DNA from: Gammaproteobacteria bacterium
GTDB lineage: Bacteria > Pseudomonadota > Gammaproteobacteria > Xanthomonadales > SZUA-36
NCBI GenBank assembly: GCA_024275935.1
Contig: JAJRYF010000064.1
Location: 1,098 to 65,097 of the forward strand
Direction: 5' to 3'
DNA length: 64,000 bases
The notes beneath the pieces were generated by a model. That model made no database searches and was not told the DNA's origin. It saw nothing but the letters and a program-made list of their open reading frames with translations. Of the stretch, positions 48,077 to 57,741 are shown piece by piece; the stretch's first letter is position 1, and the number at the start of each line of letters is the position of its first letter. The translations under genes and the position numbers were made by a program.

Positions 48077-48889
48077 CTATACCGTCTGGCCATCGGAATC
48101 AAACAACTCAGCCAATGCTTGGCCGGGGTCTGCAGCGCGCATAAACACCTCGCCTATCAGAAAAGATTTAATTCCGGCTGCTTGCAACCGGTGCACATCG
48201 GCAAGCGTATGAATGCCTGATTCAGATACCAACAGTTGGTCTGCGCTCAGCATTTTGGCAAGTTGAATGCTGTTGTCTAAATCGGTCTCGAAGTTGTGCA
48301 GGTTGCGGTTATTTACCCCAATTAATGGCGACTGCGCTGCCAGTGCAATTTGCATTTCCTGCTCATTATGAACCTCTACCAATACATCCAGACCAATATC
48401 CATCGCTTCAGCCGTAAGATCAAATAACAGCGTATTATCCAGCGCTGCAACAATTAACAACACCGCATCGGCTCCGAGCACTCGGGCTTCATATAGCTGG
48501 TAACGGCCAAGGGTAAAATCTTTGCGTAGTACTGGCAATGCAACCGCGTCCCGTGCCGCCAACAGGAATTTGTCGTGACCTTGAAAAAAATACTCATCGG
48601 TAAGCACGGAAAGGCAGGCCGCGCCTCCATCTGCATAGCTCTGGGCGATTGCTACCGGGTCAAAATCCGGACGAATCAGGCCCTTGCTTGGGGAGGCCTT
48701 TTTGATTTCTGCAATTACTGCACTGCGCTCTGCAGAGACTGCCTTCAATTGCTGGTAGAAACCACGGCAGGCGGGTTGGTCAGCTGTCATCGCCAGCAAC
48801 TCTCGCAATGGCAACTGCCTTTGCCGATGCGCTACTTCATCGGCTTTATGTTTGAGGATTTTATCCAGCACCGAAGCTAAGGCAGTCAT
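48077..48889 (-). CDS. trpC: Indole-3-glycerol phosphate synthase
   Basis: 270 aa, AVIAEIKKASPSKG...LRKDF...NNRNL. Start overlaps the trpD stop. Confidence 0.93.
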   Translation of the reverse strand: MTALASVLDKILKHKADEVAHRQRQLPLRELLAMTADQPACRGFYQQLKAVSAERSAVIAEIKKASPSKGLIRPDFDPVAIAQSYADGGAACLSVLTDEYFFQGHDKFLLAARDAVALPVLRKDFTLGRYQLYEARVLGADAVLLIVAALDNTLLFDLTAEAMDIGLDVLVEVHNEQEMQIALAAQSPLIGVNNRNLHNFETDLDNSIQLAKMLSADQLLVSESGIHTLADVHRLQAAGIKSFLIGEVFMRAADPGQALAELFDSDGQTV

Positions 48890-49911
48890 AGCTTGTTACT
48901 TAGCTCGACTAGCTGCTCAAGCCTGGTCAGGGCGGCGCCAGATTTAAGCACCTTTAATGCCTCGCTCACGCCAGTGGGTAAATCCGCACAAATTCCGGCA
49001 AGATATAGTGCGGCCCCGGCATTTAATCCAATTAAATCTGCTGCGGCACTAACCCGTGGGCTGCTATCTGTGCCTGCAAGTGCGGCGGTAATCAGTTCCA
49101 ACGACTCATCCGCGCCAGCTACCACCAATTCAGTAACCGCTTGCCGCTGGACACCAAAATCTTCCGGCTCAATTGTATATTCAGAGATTTCCCCTGCCCG
49201 CAGTTCAACTACAAAGGTGGCATCCGCCAAAGATATTTCATCCATACCATCATTTGAGTGCACTACCATTACATTGGCAGAGCCCAGGCGCCGCAATACT
49301 TCAGCCATTGGCCTGCACAGTGATTTAGAGTAAACCCCAATCAATTGATTTTTAACTCCGGCGGGATTAGTCATCGGGCCAAGAATATTAAACAGAGTAC
49401 GCACACCTAGAGCCTTGCGGGCAGTGATTGCATGCCGCATAGCACTGTGATGAGCCGGGGCGAACATAAACCCAACCCCGGTTTGTTGTACACATTGCTG
49501 AACTTGCTCGGGGCTAAGATCTAGCCGTAACCCGGCGGCTTCAAGCAAATCTGCGCTACCGCTGCTGCTGGAAACGGCGCGATTACCATGCTTGGCCACC
49601 TTGGCACCAGCAGCTGCCACCACAAAACAGGCGGCAGTTGAGACATTAAATAAATTCAGGCCATCGCCACCAGTACCGACAATATCAATTACATGCTCAC
49701 CAGCAACTGCCACACCAGTTGATAAAGAGCGCATAACTTGCACGGCTGCCTCAATTTCATCCAGACTTTCGCCTTTAATCCGCAAACCAACCAGCAGGCC
49801 GCCAATTTGTGCATCTGTGGCCTTGCCAGTCATTATTTGCTGCATAACCGCAGTCATTTCCGCACCGCTGAGATCAGTTCCAGCGATTACTTTCTCCAAC
49901 GCCTGACGCAT
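48886..49911 (-). CDS. trpD: Anthranilate phosphoribosyltransferase
   Basis: 341 aa with GTGGDG and KHGNRAVSS motifs. Confidence 0.95.
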   Translation of the reverse strand: MRQALEKVIAGTDLSGAEMTAVMQQIMTGKATDAQIGGLLVGLRIKGESLDEIEAAVQVMRSLSTGVAVAGEHVIDIVGTGGDGLNLFNVSTAACFVVAAAGAKVAKHGNRAVSSSSGSADLLEAAGLRLDLSPEQVQQCVQQTGVGFMFAPAHHSAMRHAITARKALGVRTLFNILGPMTNPAGVKNQLIGVYSKSLCRPMAEVLRRLGSANVMVVHSNDGMDEISLADATFVVELRAGEISEYTIEPEDFGVQRQAVTELVVAGADESLELITAALAGTDSSPRVSAAADLIGLNAGAALYLAGICADLPTGVSEALKVLKSGAALTRLEQLVELSNKL

Positions 49912-50492
49912 TAGCTAAACTCCAGGAAGTTACGCAATAAATCGTGGCCATGCTGGGTCAGAATAGACTCCGGGTGGAATTGCACCCCCTCAAGTGGGTA
50001 TTGCTTATGCCGGATTCCCATGATTTCCTCCCGCGAACCATCGGGATTCAGCGTCCAGGAGGTAATTTCCATCTCCGTGGAAAGAGTATCCGGCTGGATC
50101 ACCAAAGAGTGGTAGCGGGTAGCCGTAAACGGGTTTGGAATATCTGCAAACACCCCCCGACCATCATGATGAACATCCGAGGTTTTGCCGTGCATGATTT
50201 TGTCCGCCCTGACGATAGTAGCGCCAAACGCCTGAGCGATTGTCTGATGCCCAAGACAGACTCCAAAAATCGGAATTTTGCCAGCATACTCACGCACCAA
50301 TTGCAGCGAAATTCCAGCCTCATTTGGGGTGCAAGGTCCGGGAGAAATTACAATATGTGATGGTTTAAGCTCACCAACCTGAGCAACTTCCAGATCATCG
50401 TTACGACAGACTTTCACCTCCGCACCCAACTCACCCAGGTATTGCACCAGGTTAAAGGTAAAAGAGTCGTAATTGTCGATCATCAGGATCAT
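49911..50492 (-). CDS. trpG: Anthranilate synthase component II (glutamine amidotransferase)
   Basis: [15 protein letters not shown]..., catalytic GVCLGHQ, and HPES near the C-terminus. Start placed at the ATG at 50492. Confidence 0.92.
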   Translation of the reverse strand: MILMIDNYDSFTFNLVQYLGELGAEVKVCRNDDLEVAQVGELKPSHIVISPGPCTPNEAGISLQLVREYAGKIPIFGVCLGHQTIAQAFGATIVRADKIMHGKTSDVHHDGRGVFADIPNPFTATRYHSLVIQPDTLSTEMEITSWTLNPDGSREEIMGIRHKQYPLEGVQFHPESILTQHGHDLLRNFLEFS

Positions 50493-50582
50493 ATCTGTAT
50501 CTACCAAGACACCAAATTCAGAGCAGAATTATACCCCTATTCCACGGCAGGAATAAGCCGTGATAAGCCAGCTATGAGTTAA

Positions 50583-50618
50583 AAGCCCGCCACTGCATTA
50601 TTTACCGCATTGATCAGC
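50583..50618. repeat. Direct repeat 1: duplicate of the trpE 3' end (att-like)
   Basis: AAGCCCGCCACTGCATTATTTACCGCATTGATCAGC matches 51932..51967 at 34 of 36 positions. On the minus strand it still encodes LINAVNNAVAGF-stop, against the trpE end LINAVNNAAAGL-stop. Confidence 0.8.
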
Positions 50619-50688
50619 ACTGACAAAGAGACAAGCTGGGGTTATGATTACATAACTAAATAAGTAACAGCAGGGAATTTCATTCAAA

Positions 50689-50838
50689 ATGTTTCAGCTG
50701 GCATCTAACAAAATTTACAGCATTCTCCGGCAGGAAGCTGACTGTACCACAGGGCTTGACTACACCGAGCGGACATCGTGGTTATTGCTCCTTAAATACT
50801 TCAACGTCCTGCAAAAACCCTTCGCCGGAGAACTTTAG
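50689..50838 (+). pseudogene. Fragment resembling the N-terminus of an N6-adenine DNA methyltransferase (HsdM_N-like)
   Basis: A 49-codon ORF, MFQLASNKIYSILRQEADCTTGLDYTERTSWLLLLKYFNVL. The D-Y-x-E-x-x-S-W-L-L-x-L-K-Y pattern is typical of the HsdM/type IIG N-terminal helix, and the ORF stops right after it. Confidence 0.4.
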
Positions 50839-50840
50839 TT

Positions 50841-51563
50841 GTGGAACTAACTGCAGCACAACAACAAACCAAAGAACAGGCTATGGCATTTGCCCGGAAA
50901 GAGAAAAAGGCCATTGCCCGCGAGTTCACGGATAAAGAAAAACACGGCCCTGAAAGCGAACCAGTATCGGTATTTATGGCCGGCTCTCCGGGGGCAGGTA
51001 AAACCGAGGCTTCCATCGCCTTGATTGAGGGTCTTTCAGCAGATGATATGCAAGTTTTACGCATAGATCCAGATGAGTTACGCTGCCTTCTTCCGGGCTA
51101 TACGGGAGCGAATAGTTGGTTGTTTCAAGGAGCTGTTTCTATTTTGGTGGGGAAGATACATGATCTGGTTCTGACACAACAACAGAGCTTTCTTCTGGAC
51201 GGAACCTTGTCAAATTACCATATTGCGGCAAAAAATATCAAGAGATCCTTGAAGAAAGGGCGAGTTGTGCAAATATTGTATGTTTACCAAAAACCCGAAT
51301 TAGCATGGGAATTTGTTTTGGCACGGGAACGATCAGAAGGAAGGCATATCCCCGTTGCACGCTTTATAGAGCAATATTTTGCCGCCAGAAAGGTAGTTAA
51401 TAGCTTGAAAAAAGAGTTTGGCAGAGCTATCCGGGTAGACCTTCTACTGAAAAACACTGATAATTCAAACCGCTTTTATAAAGCGGGTGTTGAGCAGATT
51501 GATTCTCATATTCCAGAAAACTATCGCCCAGATAAACTTGCAGAACTAATTAGATTAAAGTAA
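50841..51563 (+). CDS. Zeta-toxin-family P-loop kinase
   Basis: Walker A is FMAGSPGAGKTE, followed by RIDPDELR and LLDGTLS, typical of the zeta toxin family. The start could instead be the ATG at 50883. Confidence 0.75.
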   Translation: MELTAAQQQTKEQAMAFARKEKKAIAREFTDKEKHGPESEPVSVFMAGSPGAGKTEASIALIEGLSADDMQVLRIDPDELRCLLPGYTGANSWLFQGAVSILVGKIHDLVLTQQQSFLLDGTLSNYHIAAKNIKRSLKKGRVVQILYVYQKPELAWEFVLARERSEGRHIPVARFIEQYFAARKVVNSLKKEFGRAIRVDLLLKNTDNSNRFYKAGVEQIDSHIPENYRPDKLAELIRLK

Positions 51564-51576
51564 TGTCATAAACAAC

Positions 51577-51780
51577 ATGAGTACACTAGTTAATCGCAAA
51601 ACCACAAAAAAACTCAAAACAACACCGTTTTCAGAGTTTATCCGCAACGCCTCTTCCGCCGAGAAGAAGCGGGTGTATTCGCTAGTTCTCAAAAAAGCTT
51701 CTATTCGCCAACAGGAATTAATTGAAAAATCAAAAGCTGATATTTCTGAGGCTGAAAATAATAACTCCGCCGCTGGTTAA
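51577..51780 (+). CDS. Small charged protein downstream of the zeta-like kinase, hypothetical
   Basis: 67 aa, beginning 13 nt after the kinase stop. Lys-rich N-terminal half and acidic tail. No family recognised. Confidence 0.4.
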   Translation: MSTLVNRKTTKKLKTTPFSEFIRNASSAEKKRVYSLVLKKASIRQQELIEKSKADISEAENNNSAAG

Positions 51781-51927
51781 GTCCCAAATATAGGGGGGAA
51801 GTTTCCCGATTTTCTTGTTTTTTCTTCGAAACTACTTTCTTTGCTTGAAAAATATCGATATTCCCTATTATCCCCAACCCCCAGATAACCATAATATGAT
51901 TGTTAACCTATGGATGTATAAATTACC

Positions 51928-53421
51928 TTACAAGCCCGCCGCTGCATTATTTACCGCATTAATCAGCGCCCTACCCTTGCTCAAGGTCTCTTGCCATTCA
52001 GATTCCGGATCTGAATCAGCCACTAGACCGGCGCCAGCTTGTACATGCAATACACCGTCTTTAATTATTGCAGTGCGAATGGCGATAGCAAGATCAGTAT
52101 CGCCCAGCCAGTTGATATAACCTACTGCGCCAGCATATATATTTCGTTTTACTGGCTCTAATTCGTTGATGATTTCCATGGCGCGAATTTTAGGTGCGCC
52201 CGATAAGGTCCCAGCTGGAAATGCCGCGCGAATGGCATCAACCACGCCCAATTCTGGCCGCAACTTACCTTCCACTTGCGAAACGATATGCATTACATGG
52301 GAATATCGTTCAACCAACATCTGCTCGGTGACTTTTACTGAACCGGTTTGGCACACCCGGCCCAGGTCATTGCGGGCAAGATCAATCAACATCAGGTGTT
52401 CTGCGCGTTCTTTGGGGTCTGCCAGTAACTCATCCTCAAAGCGCTGATCAGCGGTGGCATCTTCTCCGCGGGGTCTGGTTCCGGCTATTGGGCGTAGTAG
52501 CATTTCACCTTGTTGAACCCGCACCAATACTTCTGGTGATGAGCCTACAATCTGGGTTCTGGCAGCTTTATCTGCGCTATCACCCAAGTCTAGAAAATAC
52601 ATATATGGCGAAGGGTTCAATGCCCGTAAGGCCCGATATACATCTAGTGGCCGGGCTTTCAGGGGAACACTCATTCGCTGTGATAACACCACTTGAAAGA
52701 CATCACCTGCCATGATGTACTCCTTGCAGCGTTTTACACCTTTAATAAATTCGTCTTTACTGATGCTGTATTTAATCTGGCCTTCATCAAGCTCCGATGC
52801 TGGCGCCGCTTCTGGGTAGGCGGGGGAACCAGAGCGCAGCCGGTAGGCAAGTTGATCCAGACGACGCTGAGTAGTTTCCCAGGCATCCGCTTGTGCGGGA
52901 TCGGCATTAACAATCAAAAACAAACGGCCAGCAAGTGAATCGAACACTGCCAGCTCATTTGATTCCAATAATAGTATTTCCGGGGTATTGAGTTGATCGG
53001 GCTTATCTTCATTGCGTAAACGCGCTTCAATATTACCTACATTTTCATAGCCGAAGAAGCCCACCAAGCCACCTGCAAATGCTGGTAATTCCTTCAGCAC
53101 TGGGGCTTTGACCGCAGCTTGTAATTCGGCAACTTTTTCCAGTGGGTCGGTAACTGTTTCTACAGATACCTGCTGACCATGATGGAATATACTGAATTCA
53201 TTGCCGCTAAATTGATAGCGGCGGGCTACTGGCAGGCCGATAATAGAGTAACGACCCCAGGTTTCACCACCCTCTACCGATTCAAACAAAAATGTATCTC
53301 CACCATCTGCCAGTTTCAAATACACCGAAAGTGGCGTATCCAGATCAGCCAGCACCGAGCGCCATACCGGGATTCGGTTGTAGCCTTGTGTAGCAAGCTT
53401 TTGGAATTCTGTCTTATCCAT
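51928..53421 (-). CDS. trpE: Anthranilate synthase component I
   Basis: 497 aa with chorismate-binding family motifs (GAPKIRAMEII, YAGAVGY, AGAGLVADS). Confidence 0.95.
   Translation of the reverse strand: MDKTEFQKLATQGYNRIPVWRSVLADLDTPLSVYLKLADGGDTFLFESVEGGETWGRYSIIGLPVARRYQFSGNEFSIFHHGQQVSVETVTDPLEKVAELQAAVKAPVLKELPAFAGGLVGFFGYENVGNIEARLRNEDKPDQLNTPEILLLESNELAVFDSLAGRLFLIVNADPAQADAWETTQRRLDQLAYRLRSGSPAYPEAAPASELDEGQIKYSISKDEFIKGVKRCKEYIMAGDVFQVVLSQRMSVPLKARPLDVYRALRALNPSPYMYFLDLGDSADKAARTQIVGSSPEVLVRVQQGEMLLRPIAGTRPRGEDATADQRFEDELLADPKERAEHLMLIDLARNDLGRVCQTGSVKVTEQMLVERYSHVMHIVSQVEGKLRPELGVVDAIRAAFPAGTLSGAPKIRAMEIINELEPVKRNIYAGAVGYINWLGDTDLAIAIRTAIIKDGVLHVQAGAGLVADSDPESEWQETLSKGRALINAVNNAAAGL
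51932..51967. repeat. Direct repeat 2: the functional trpE 3' end
   Basis: AAGCCCGCCGCTGCATTATTTACCGCATTAATCAGC, the partner of 50583..50618. Confidence 0.8.
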
Positions 53422-53433
53422 GCGACTAACCCA

Positions 53434-54246
53434 TCATTGGTGATTTAGATTGCTGCCAGCTTCAGGCAAAAGTTCTTTGAGTAGTATATCTGCACTTCTA
53501 AGCGTACTGGCCAAAGAGCCACTCTTTGGGGATTCCGCATAGGTCTGTGGCATAGAAGATAGTAGCGCTATAGCCTTGGATGCTTGCCTTGAATCTTTGT
53601 AGCTACGAGCCAGCCCCAGATAGACTTTGGCTTGGTAGTAATCGCTCATTTCACTACCGCGGTTTTGTAAAAAACCCTCAGTCAGGTCGATATATTCCTG
53701 GTTAAGATTTTTCCGTGCCATGTAGCCGCGCAAATCAATTAGCAGGCTTGCAAGGGTATCGCCCGTCTTGCAATTAGCGCATGCATGCAAAGGTTTCTCA
53801 TAACCTGGATAATGCTTCAGGGCAAACATGGTCAGGGGATGGAAATCATAATCCAAGTAGGTTAAATCCATTGAATTAATTGCGGTTACGACAATATCAG
53901 GATTATCTGTATGCGCGATGATTTCCAGATACATAGCCTTGAAGAACTGCCGATTTGTAAACTTTATTTCCTGCTCGGAACAACAGCGTTTCTCTGACTG
54001 CCAATAGTCAATTAACTCATCATAATTAGATATTCCCACCGTACCTATATCAACTTCATCCCACCAGACTGGCAATGGCGCTATCTGCTTGAACTCTTCA
54101 CATACAGAATCATTCCATTTACAAGAGAGCGAGTCTTTATTGCCAAAACTGCTCCACCAACCTTTAACTGGTGACCCTGGGTAAACTGTAACTAATGCCG
54201 CTGATAGCAGTAAAATTATAATAATTAGGACTTTTTTGCTTAACAT
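53434..54246 (-). CDS. Hypothetical secreted Cys-containing protein
   Basis: 270 aa with a signal or anchor sequence (KKVLIIIILLLSAALVTV). No motif recognised. Its stop lies 12 nt before the trpE start. Confidence 0.5.
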   Translation of the reverse strand: MLSKKVLIIIILLLSAALVTVYPGSPVKGWWSSFGNKDSLSCKWNDSVCEEFKQIAPLPVWWDEVDIGTVGISNYDELIDYWQSEKRCCSEQEIKFTNRQFFKAMYLEIIAHTDNPDIVVTAINSMDLTYLDYDFHPLTMFALKHYPGYEKPLHACANCKTGDTLASLLIDLRGYMARKNLNQEYIDLTEGFLQNRGSEMSDYYQAKVYLGLARSYKDSRQASKAIALLSSMPQTYAESPKSGSLASTLRSADILLKELLPEAGSNLNHQ

Positions 54247-54271
54247 CGTGTATTTATTCCGAGATCTGCGA

Positions 54272-54853
54272 TTATTTTAACTGAGCGTGCCGGAAACAAT
54301 CCACGGTGTGATCGTTAACCATTCCTGTGGCCTGCATAAAGGCATAACAGATTGTAGTCCCCACAAAACGAAAACCTTTTTTCTTGAGCGCCTTGCACAT
54401 AGCATCTGATTGTGCGGTACTAGATGGCACTTCGCTCATGGTTTGCCAGTTATTTACTTTTGGCTTGCCATCTACAAATTGCCAAATCCATTTATCAAAA
54501 CTGCCATATTCTGCTTGCACATCCAGGAATAATTGTGCATTGCTGATGGTTGATGCAATCTTCAGGCGATTACGCACGATTCCCGCATTAGCCATAAGCT
54601 CGTTATATTTATTTTCATCGTAACGGGCGACTTTTTCGACATCAAAGTTATCCATCGCGGCACGGTAATTATCGCGTTTCTTCAGGATTGTCACCCAACT
54701 TAAACCAGCTTGAGCGCCTTCCAGAATCAAAAACTCAAACAGCTTTTGCTCATCGTGCAGGGGCGTACCCCATTCAAGATCATGATAGTCTCTTTCTAGA
54801 TCGCTGCCCCGGCACCAGGTGCAGCGGGTTGCATTGTCATTTTGTTTGGTCAT
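54272..54853 (-). CDS. tag: DNA-3-methyladenine glycosylase I
   Basis: RCTWCRGSDLERDYHDLEWGTPLHDEQKLFEFLILEGAQAGLSW is a typical Tag sequence. Confidence 0.9.
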   Translation of the reverse strand: MTKQNDNATRCTWCRGSDLERDYHDLEWGTPLHDEQKLFEFLILEGAQAGLSWVTILKKRDNYRAAMDNFDVEKVARYDENKYNELMANAGIVRNRLKIASTISNAQLFLDVQAEYGSFDKWIWQFVDGKPKVNNWQTMSEVPSSTAQSDAMCKALKKKGFRFVGTTICYAFMQATGMVNDHTVDCFRHAQLK

Positions 54854-56830
54854 TTAATTTCTCGGTATCTCAAGACTGAATTCAACCCCGTTATTATCGC
54901 TCAGGTTACGGGCTTTTGCTTGCCCCTTATGTGCTTGCGCTATTAGTTTCACCAAATACAAGCCCAAACCTAGGTGTGGCACGCCGCCTGGTGCTTGTGT
55001 GCGGATTGAAACTAATGACTCAAAGAGCCTATCCTGCATTGTGGCTGGCAAACTGGAGCCAGTATTCCGCACAAATATCTCTACTGTATCTGCATGTTGG
55101 CGCAAGCCGAGAGTGATTTGGTCATTGTCGGTGGTATAACTTACGGCATTATCAACCAATTTATCCAGCGCCTGGGAAAGCAGGTCTGGAGCGGCCTGAA
55201 TCTCACAAACTGATTGCCCCAGGGCGCAACTAATGTCCCGCTCGGGATGAATTTGTGCGTAAGCGGCAGTGCTTTGTTGCAGCATTGCTACTAGGTCGAA
55301 AGTTTCATAGTCGGTAGCGGTAATAGCCTGTTCCAAACGGCTGGCATCGCTCATTGCGCGTAAAATACCAGCTAATCTGTCGCTGCCTTCCTGAGCCCGT
55401 TGGATATATATATCGGCCTTTGGGTCAGCAGTATCTCTAGCCAGGTTTTCCAGAGATGAGCGCACTATTACCAACGGAGTTTTCAGTTCATGGGATAACT
55501 TGCTGGCCAGCGTCTGTAAGTATTGCTTATATTCACGCACGGCCTGCAATAAGTCCGCATGGGAACGCGCCAACTCACCTAGTTCATCGTGATCTTTTTG
55601 CAAGGGTAGTTGGGGCAATTGTTCTGGTTGTTCTGTAGCTTGCTGAACTGCACGGTTCAAACGCCGCACCCGCGCTGATAAACGCCCAGCAAACAGATAC
55701 ATAGCCAGCATTATTACCAGCATTGCCAATAAGGAAATGCCAATGACCCTGCCCAAGGCGCGATTACTCAGCAATAATAATTCATCCGAACCCTGCTCCA
55801 GCCGTAATACTCCTGCTACCTGCCCGGCGGAAAATATGGGTGCTGATACGGTATTAATCATTTCCGCAGTATCGCCACGACGACTCCAGTTGCCGAGTCT
55901 CTGGCCTTGCATGGCGGACTCGGTAAGTTGGCCTGGTAGCTTCATTTGCGTGGTTGCTACCGCTGTGCTGCTGGGCAGGTTTTTAACTAATAAAGTGTGA
56001 AACAGGCGTTCCAGCCAGCTAGCCTTGGCGGGACCAGTTTGAGTACTTGGCGCACGGCTAACCCGGGCGCGAATATTTCCGGCTGGGTCTAACAACCAGA
56101 CACTTTGATTGTCACCAGATAAATCTGCGAGTCTGGATTCCAGCTCTGATTGGTATAACAGCAGCGCCATGCGTGGCGGCTGGATAACTCGTGAAATTAT
56201 GCGCACTTCGGAGCTATCCACATCCACCAGCCGCAAACTTAACCCGGATGCTGCCATCGCCAGTGGTATAGCCAGCTCAATCCGGTAACCATTATTTGAA
56301 TCCAGCCAGTAACCGTGTAACTGACTGCGCTGATTGCTGTTGAGTGTTAACGGACCACTCCCGGCAGAGACCACCCGAAAACTAGTCATGCCCTGAACCC
56401 CAAACAAGCTTAATTCCAGGCCATCCATCGCCCCCTCGATGGCTAAGTTTTCTCTTACTGGGGTAGCATCTTGCACCCGCAATGCCAACCACAATTGACG
56501 GCCATCACTACGGGCTGACACGCGCAATTTTAGCTGCTGGTCTGCACTCTGAAACTCTTGCCAGTTATCATTTGCCAGCAGCCATTCAGAGAAATAGCCA
56601 TCTATAACTATCCCCTGACCGGGGCTAACAACTATATCTTCAGCTTTGGCTCCGGCAATTTGCGCCACACTACTTTGCAAGGAGCGCGCCATAGTTGCCG
56701 CAGTAGCCTCTAGGGCTTGCTGCTGACCGGCGCGTAAAAACCCTTCCAGCTCGCGCAATAACAACCAGGCACTGACTGGTAGCACCAAGGTGATTAGCGC
56801 AAGCAGTAGTAATTTTTGGCGTAGGCTCAT
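54854..56830 (-). CDS. Sensor histidine kinase of the proteobacterial dedicated sortase system
   Basis: Two TM helices flank a large periplasmic domain. H-box LSHELKTPL, followed by an HATPase region. It sits with the RR, sortase and VIT-vWA target genes. Confidence 0.85.
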   Translation of the reverse strand: MSLRQKLLLLALITLVLPVSAWLLLRELEGFLRAGQQQALEATAATMARSLQSSVAQIAGAKAEDIVVSPGQGIVIDGYFSEWLLANDNWQEFQSADQQLKLRVSARSDGRQLWLALRVQDATPVRENLAIEGAMDGLELSLFGVQGMTSFRVVSAGSGPLTLNSNQRSQLHGYWLDSNNGYRIELAIPLAMAASGLSLRLVDVDSSEVRIISRVIQPPRMALLLYQSELESRLADLSGDNQSVWLLDPAGNIRARVSRAPSTQTGPAKASWLERLFHTLLVKNLPSSTAVATTQMKLPGQLTESAMQGQRLGNWSRRGDTAEMINTVSAPIFSAGQVAGVLRLEQGSDELLLLSNRALGRVIGISLLAMLVIMLAMYLFAGRLSARVRRLNRAVQQATEQPEQLPQLPLQKDHDELGELARSHADLLQAVREYKQYLQTLASKLSHELKTPLVIVRSSLENLARDTADPKADIYIQRAQEGSDRLAGILRAMSDASRLEQAITATDYETFDLVAMLQQSTAAYAQIHPERDISCALGQSVCEIQAAPDLLSQALDKLVDNAVSYTTDNDQITLGLRQHADTVEIFVRNTGSSLPATMQDRLFESLVSIRTQAPGGVPHLGLGLYLVKLIAQAHKGQAKARNLSDNNGVEFSLEIPRN

Positions 56831-56844
56831 TGGGTGAGTTTAGC

Positions 56845-57045
56845 AGTTTGGCTCGATGTTATGGTAGGGCTGGGTTCCCTCCTGCACGGGAATGAAGGCG
56901 GTGGGCGGGAGTAGCAACATGCTTTCACTATCATGCCTGGCTGCTCTGCTTGCCTCAGCCTCCTGGATTCCGGGTTCGGCTATTCGCCGCCCCGGAACGA
57001 CGGGTGGGAGGTTGGCCCGGAAACACCTACTCCTCGCCATCCCGG
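56845..57045. repeat. Copy B of the GC-rich intergenic repeat family, between the RR and HK genes
   Basis: Core GGATTCCGGGTTCGGCTATTCGCCGCCCCGGAACGACG at 56965..57002. The CCCGGAAAC...CTCGCCATCCC module is also found in copy C. Confidence 0.8.
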
Positions 57046-57051
57046 AAATGC

Positions 57052-57741
57052 CTAAGCTGGCAACCAACGATAACCAGCCCCGTAAACAGTTTCCATTTGC
57101 GCGAAGCCTGAATCCAGGTGTTGAAACTTACGCCGGATGCGTTTGATGTGGCTGGTGATTGTTTGTGCGTCCACGAATACATTGGCATCATCCATTAATT
57201 GCTCACGACTACGCACATGGCCTGGGTATCGGGCGAGTGAATGTACCAGCCAGTACTCGGTTACTGTAAGCGGTACTACCTGGTCTTGCCATCTGGCTTC
57301 CATGCGAGCTGGGCGCAAACATAAATCACCGCGTTCAATCACAGTTTCATCACTGCCGCTGGCAAGTGCTTCCACTCGCCGCAAGAGGGCTACCACTCTG
57401 GCAATTAGGTGGCTCATACTAATTTCTTTGGAAAGATAGTCATCTGCACCTAAACGCAGGCCGGAAATCACATCCAGGTCGGAGTCTCTAGCGGTTAAAA
57501 AAATAATCGGCAAGGTCCGCGAGCGGGCTCGCAACTCACGACACAATTCAAAACCGCCCTCTACTTCCTCACCGAGGCCAACATCTATTATTACCAGCTC
57601 CGGTAACTTGCGAGCAAAGGCTTCCAAGGCGCTGGCTCGATCTGGGAAACCGGATACCCGGTAGCCATAACGAGTCAGGGCATCAGTATAGTTATGCCGA
57701 ATGGCGGCTTCATCTTCAATAATTGCTATATGGCGTGGCAT
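57052..57741 (-). CDS. OmpR-family response regulator of the dedicated sortase system
   Basis: Receiver domain (ELVIIDVGL) and winged-helix DNA-binding domain (LTVTEYWLV...VYGAGYRW). Confidence 0.9.
   Translation of the reverse strand: MPRHIAIIEDEAAIRHNYTDALTRYGYRVSGFPDRASALEAFARKLPELVIIDVGLGEEVEGGFELCRELRARSRTLPIIFLTARDSDLDVISGLRLGADDYLSKEISMSHLIARVVALLRRVEALASGSDETVIERGDLCLRPARMEARWQDQVVPLTVTEYWLVHSLARYPGHVRSREQLMDDANVFVDAQTITSHIKRIRRKFQHLDSGFAQMETVYGAGYRWLPA

Larger units (their letters stand above)
50619..51931. mobile_element. About 1.3 kb integrated islet remnant between trpG and trpE, with no integrase left
   Basis: Bounded by the 36-bp direct repeats. Its plus-strand genes oppose the trp operon. 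Contents are an HsdM-like N-terminal fragment, a zeta-toxin-family gene and a 67-aa ORF. Confidence 0.6.

Noticed and set aside
53422-53433. Expected trp leader peptide or attenuator upstream of trpE
   Set aside because: Only 12 nt separate trpE from the upstream ORF, which leaves no room for an attenuator. Regulation must be different or lie further upstream.
56840-57146. ORFs of 75 and 84 aa between the HK and RR genes
   Set aside because: Same reason: they are translations of repeat copy B, and one runs into the RR gene antisense.
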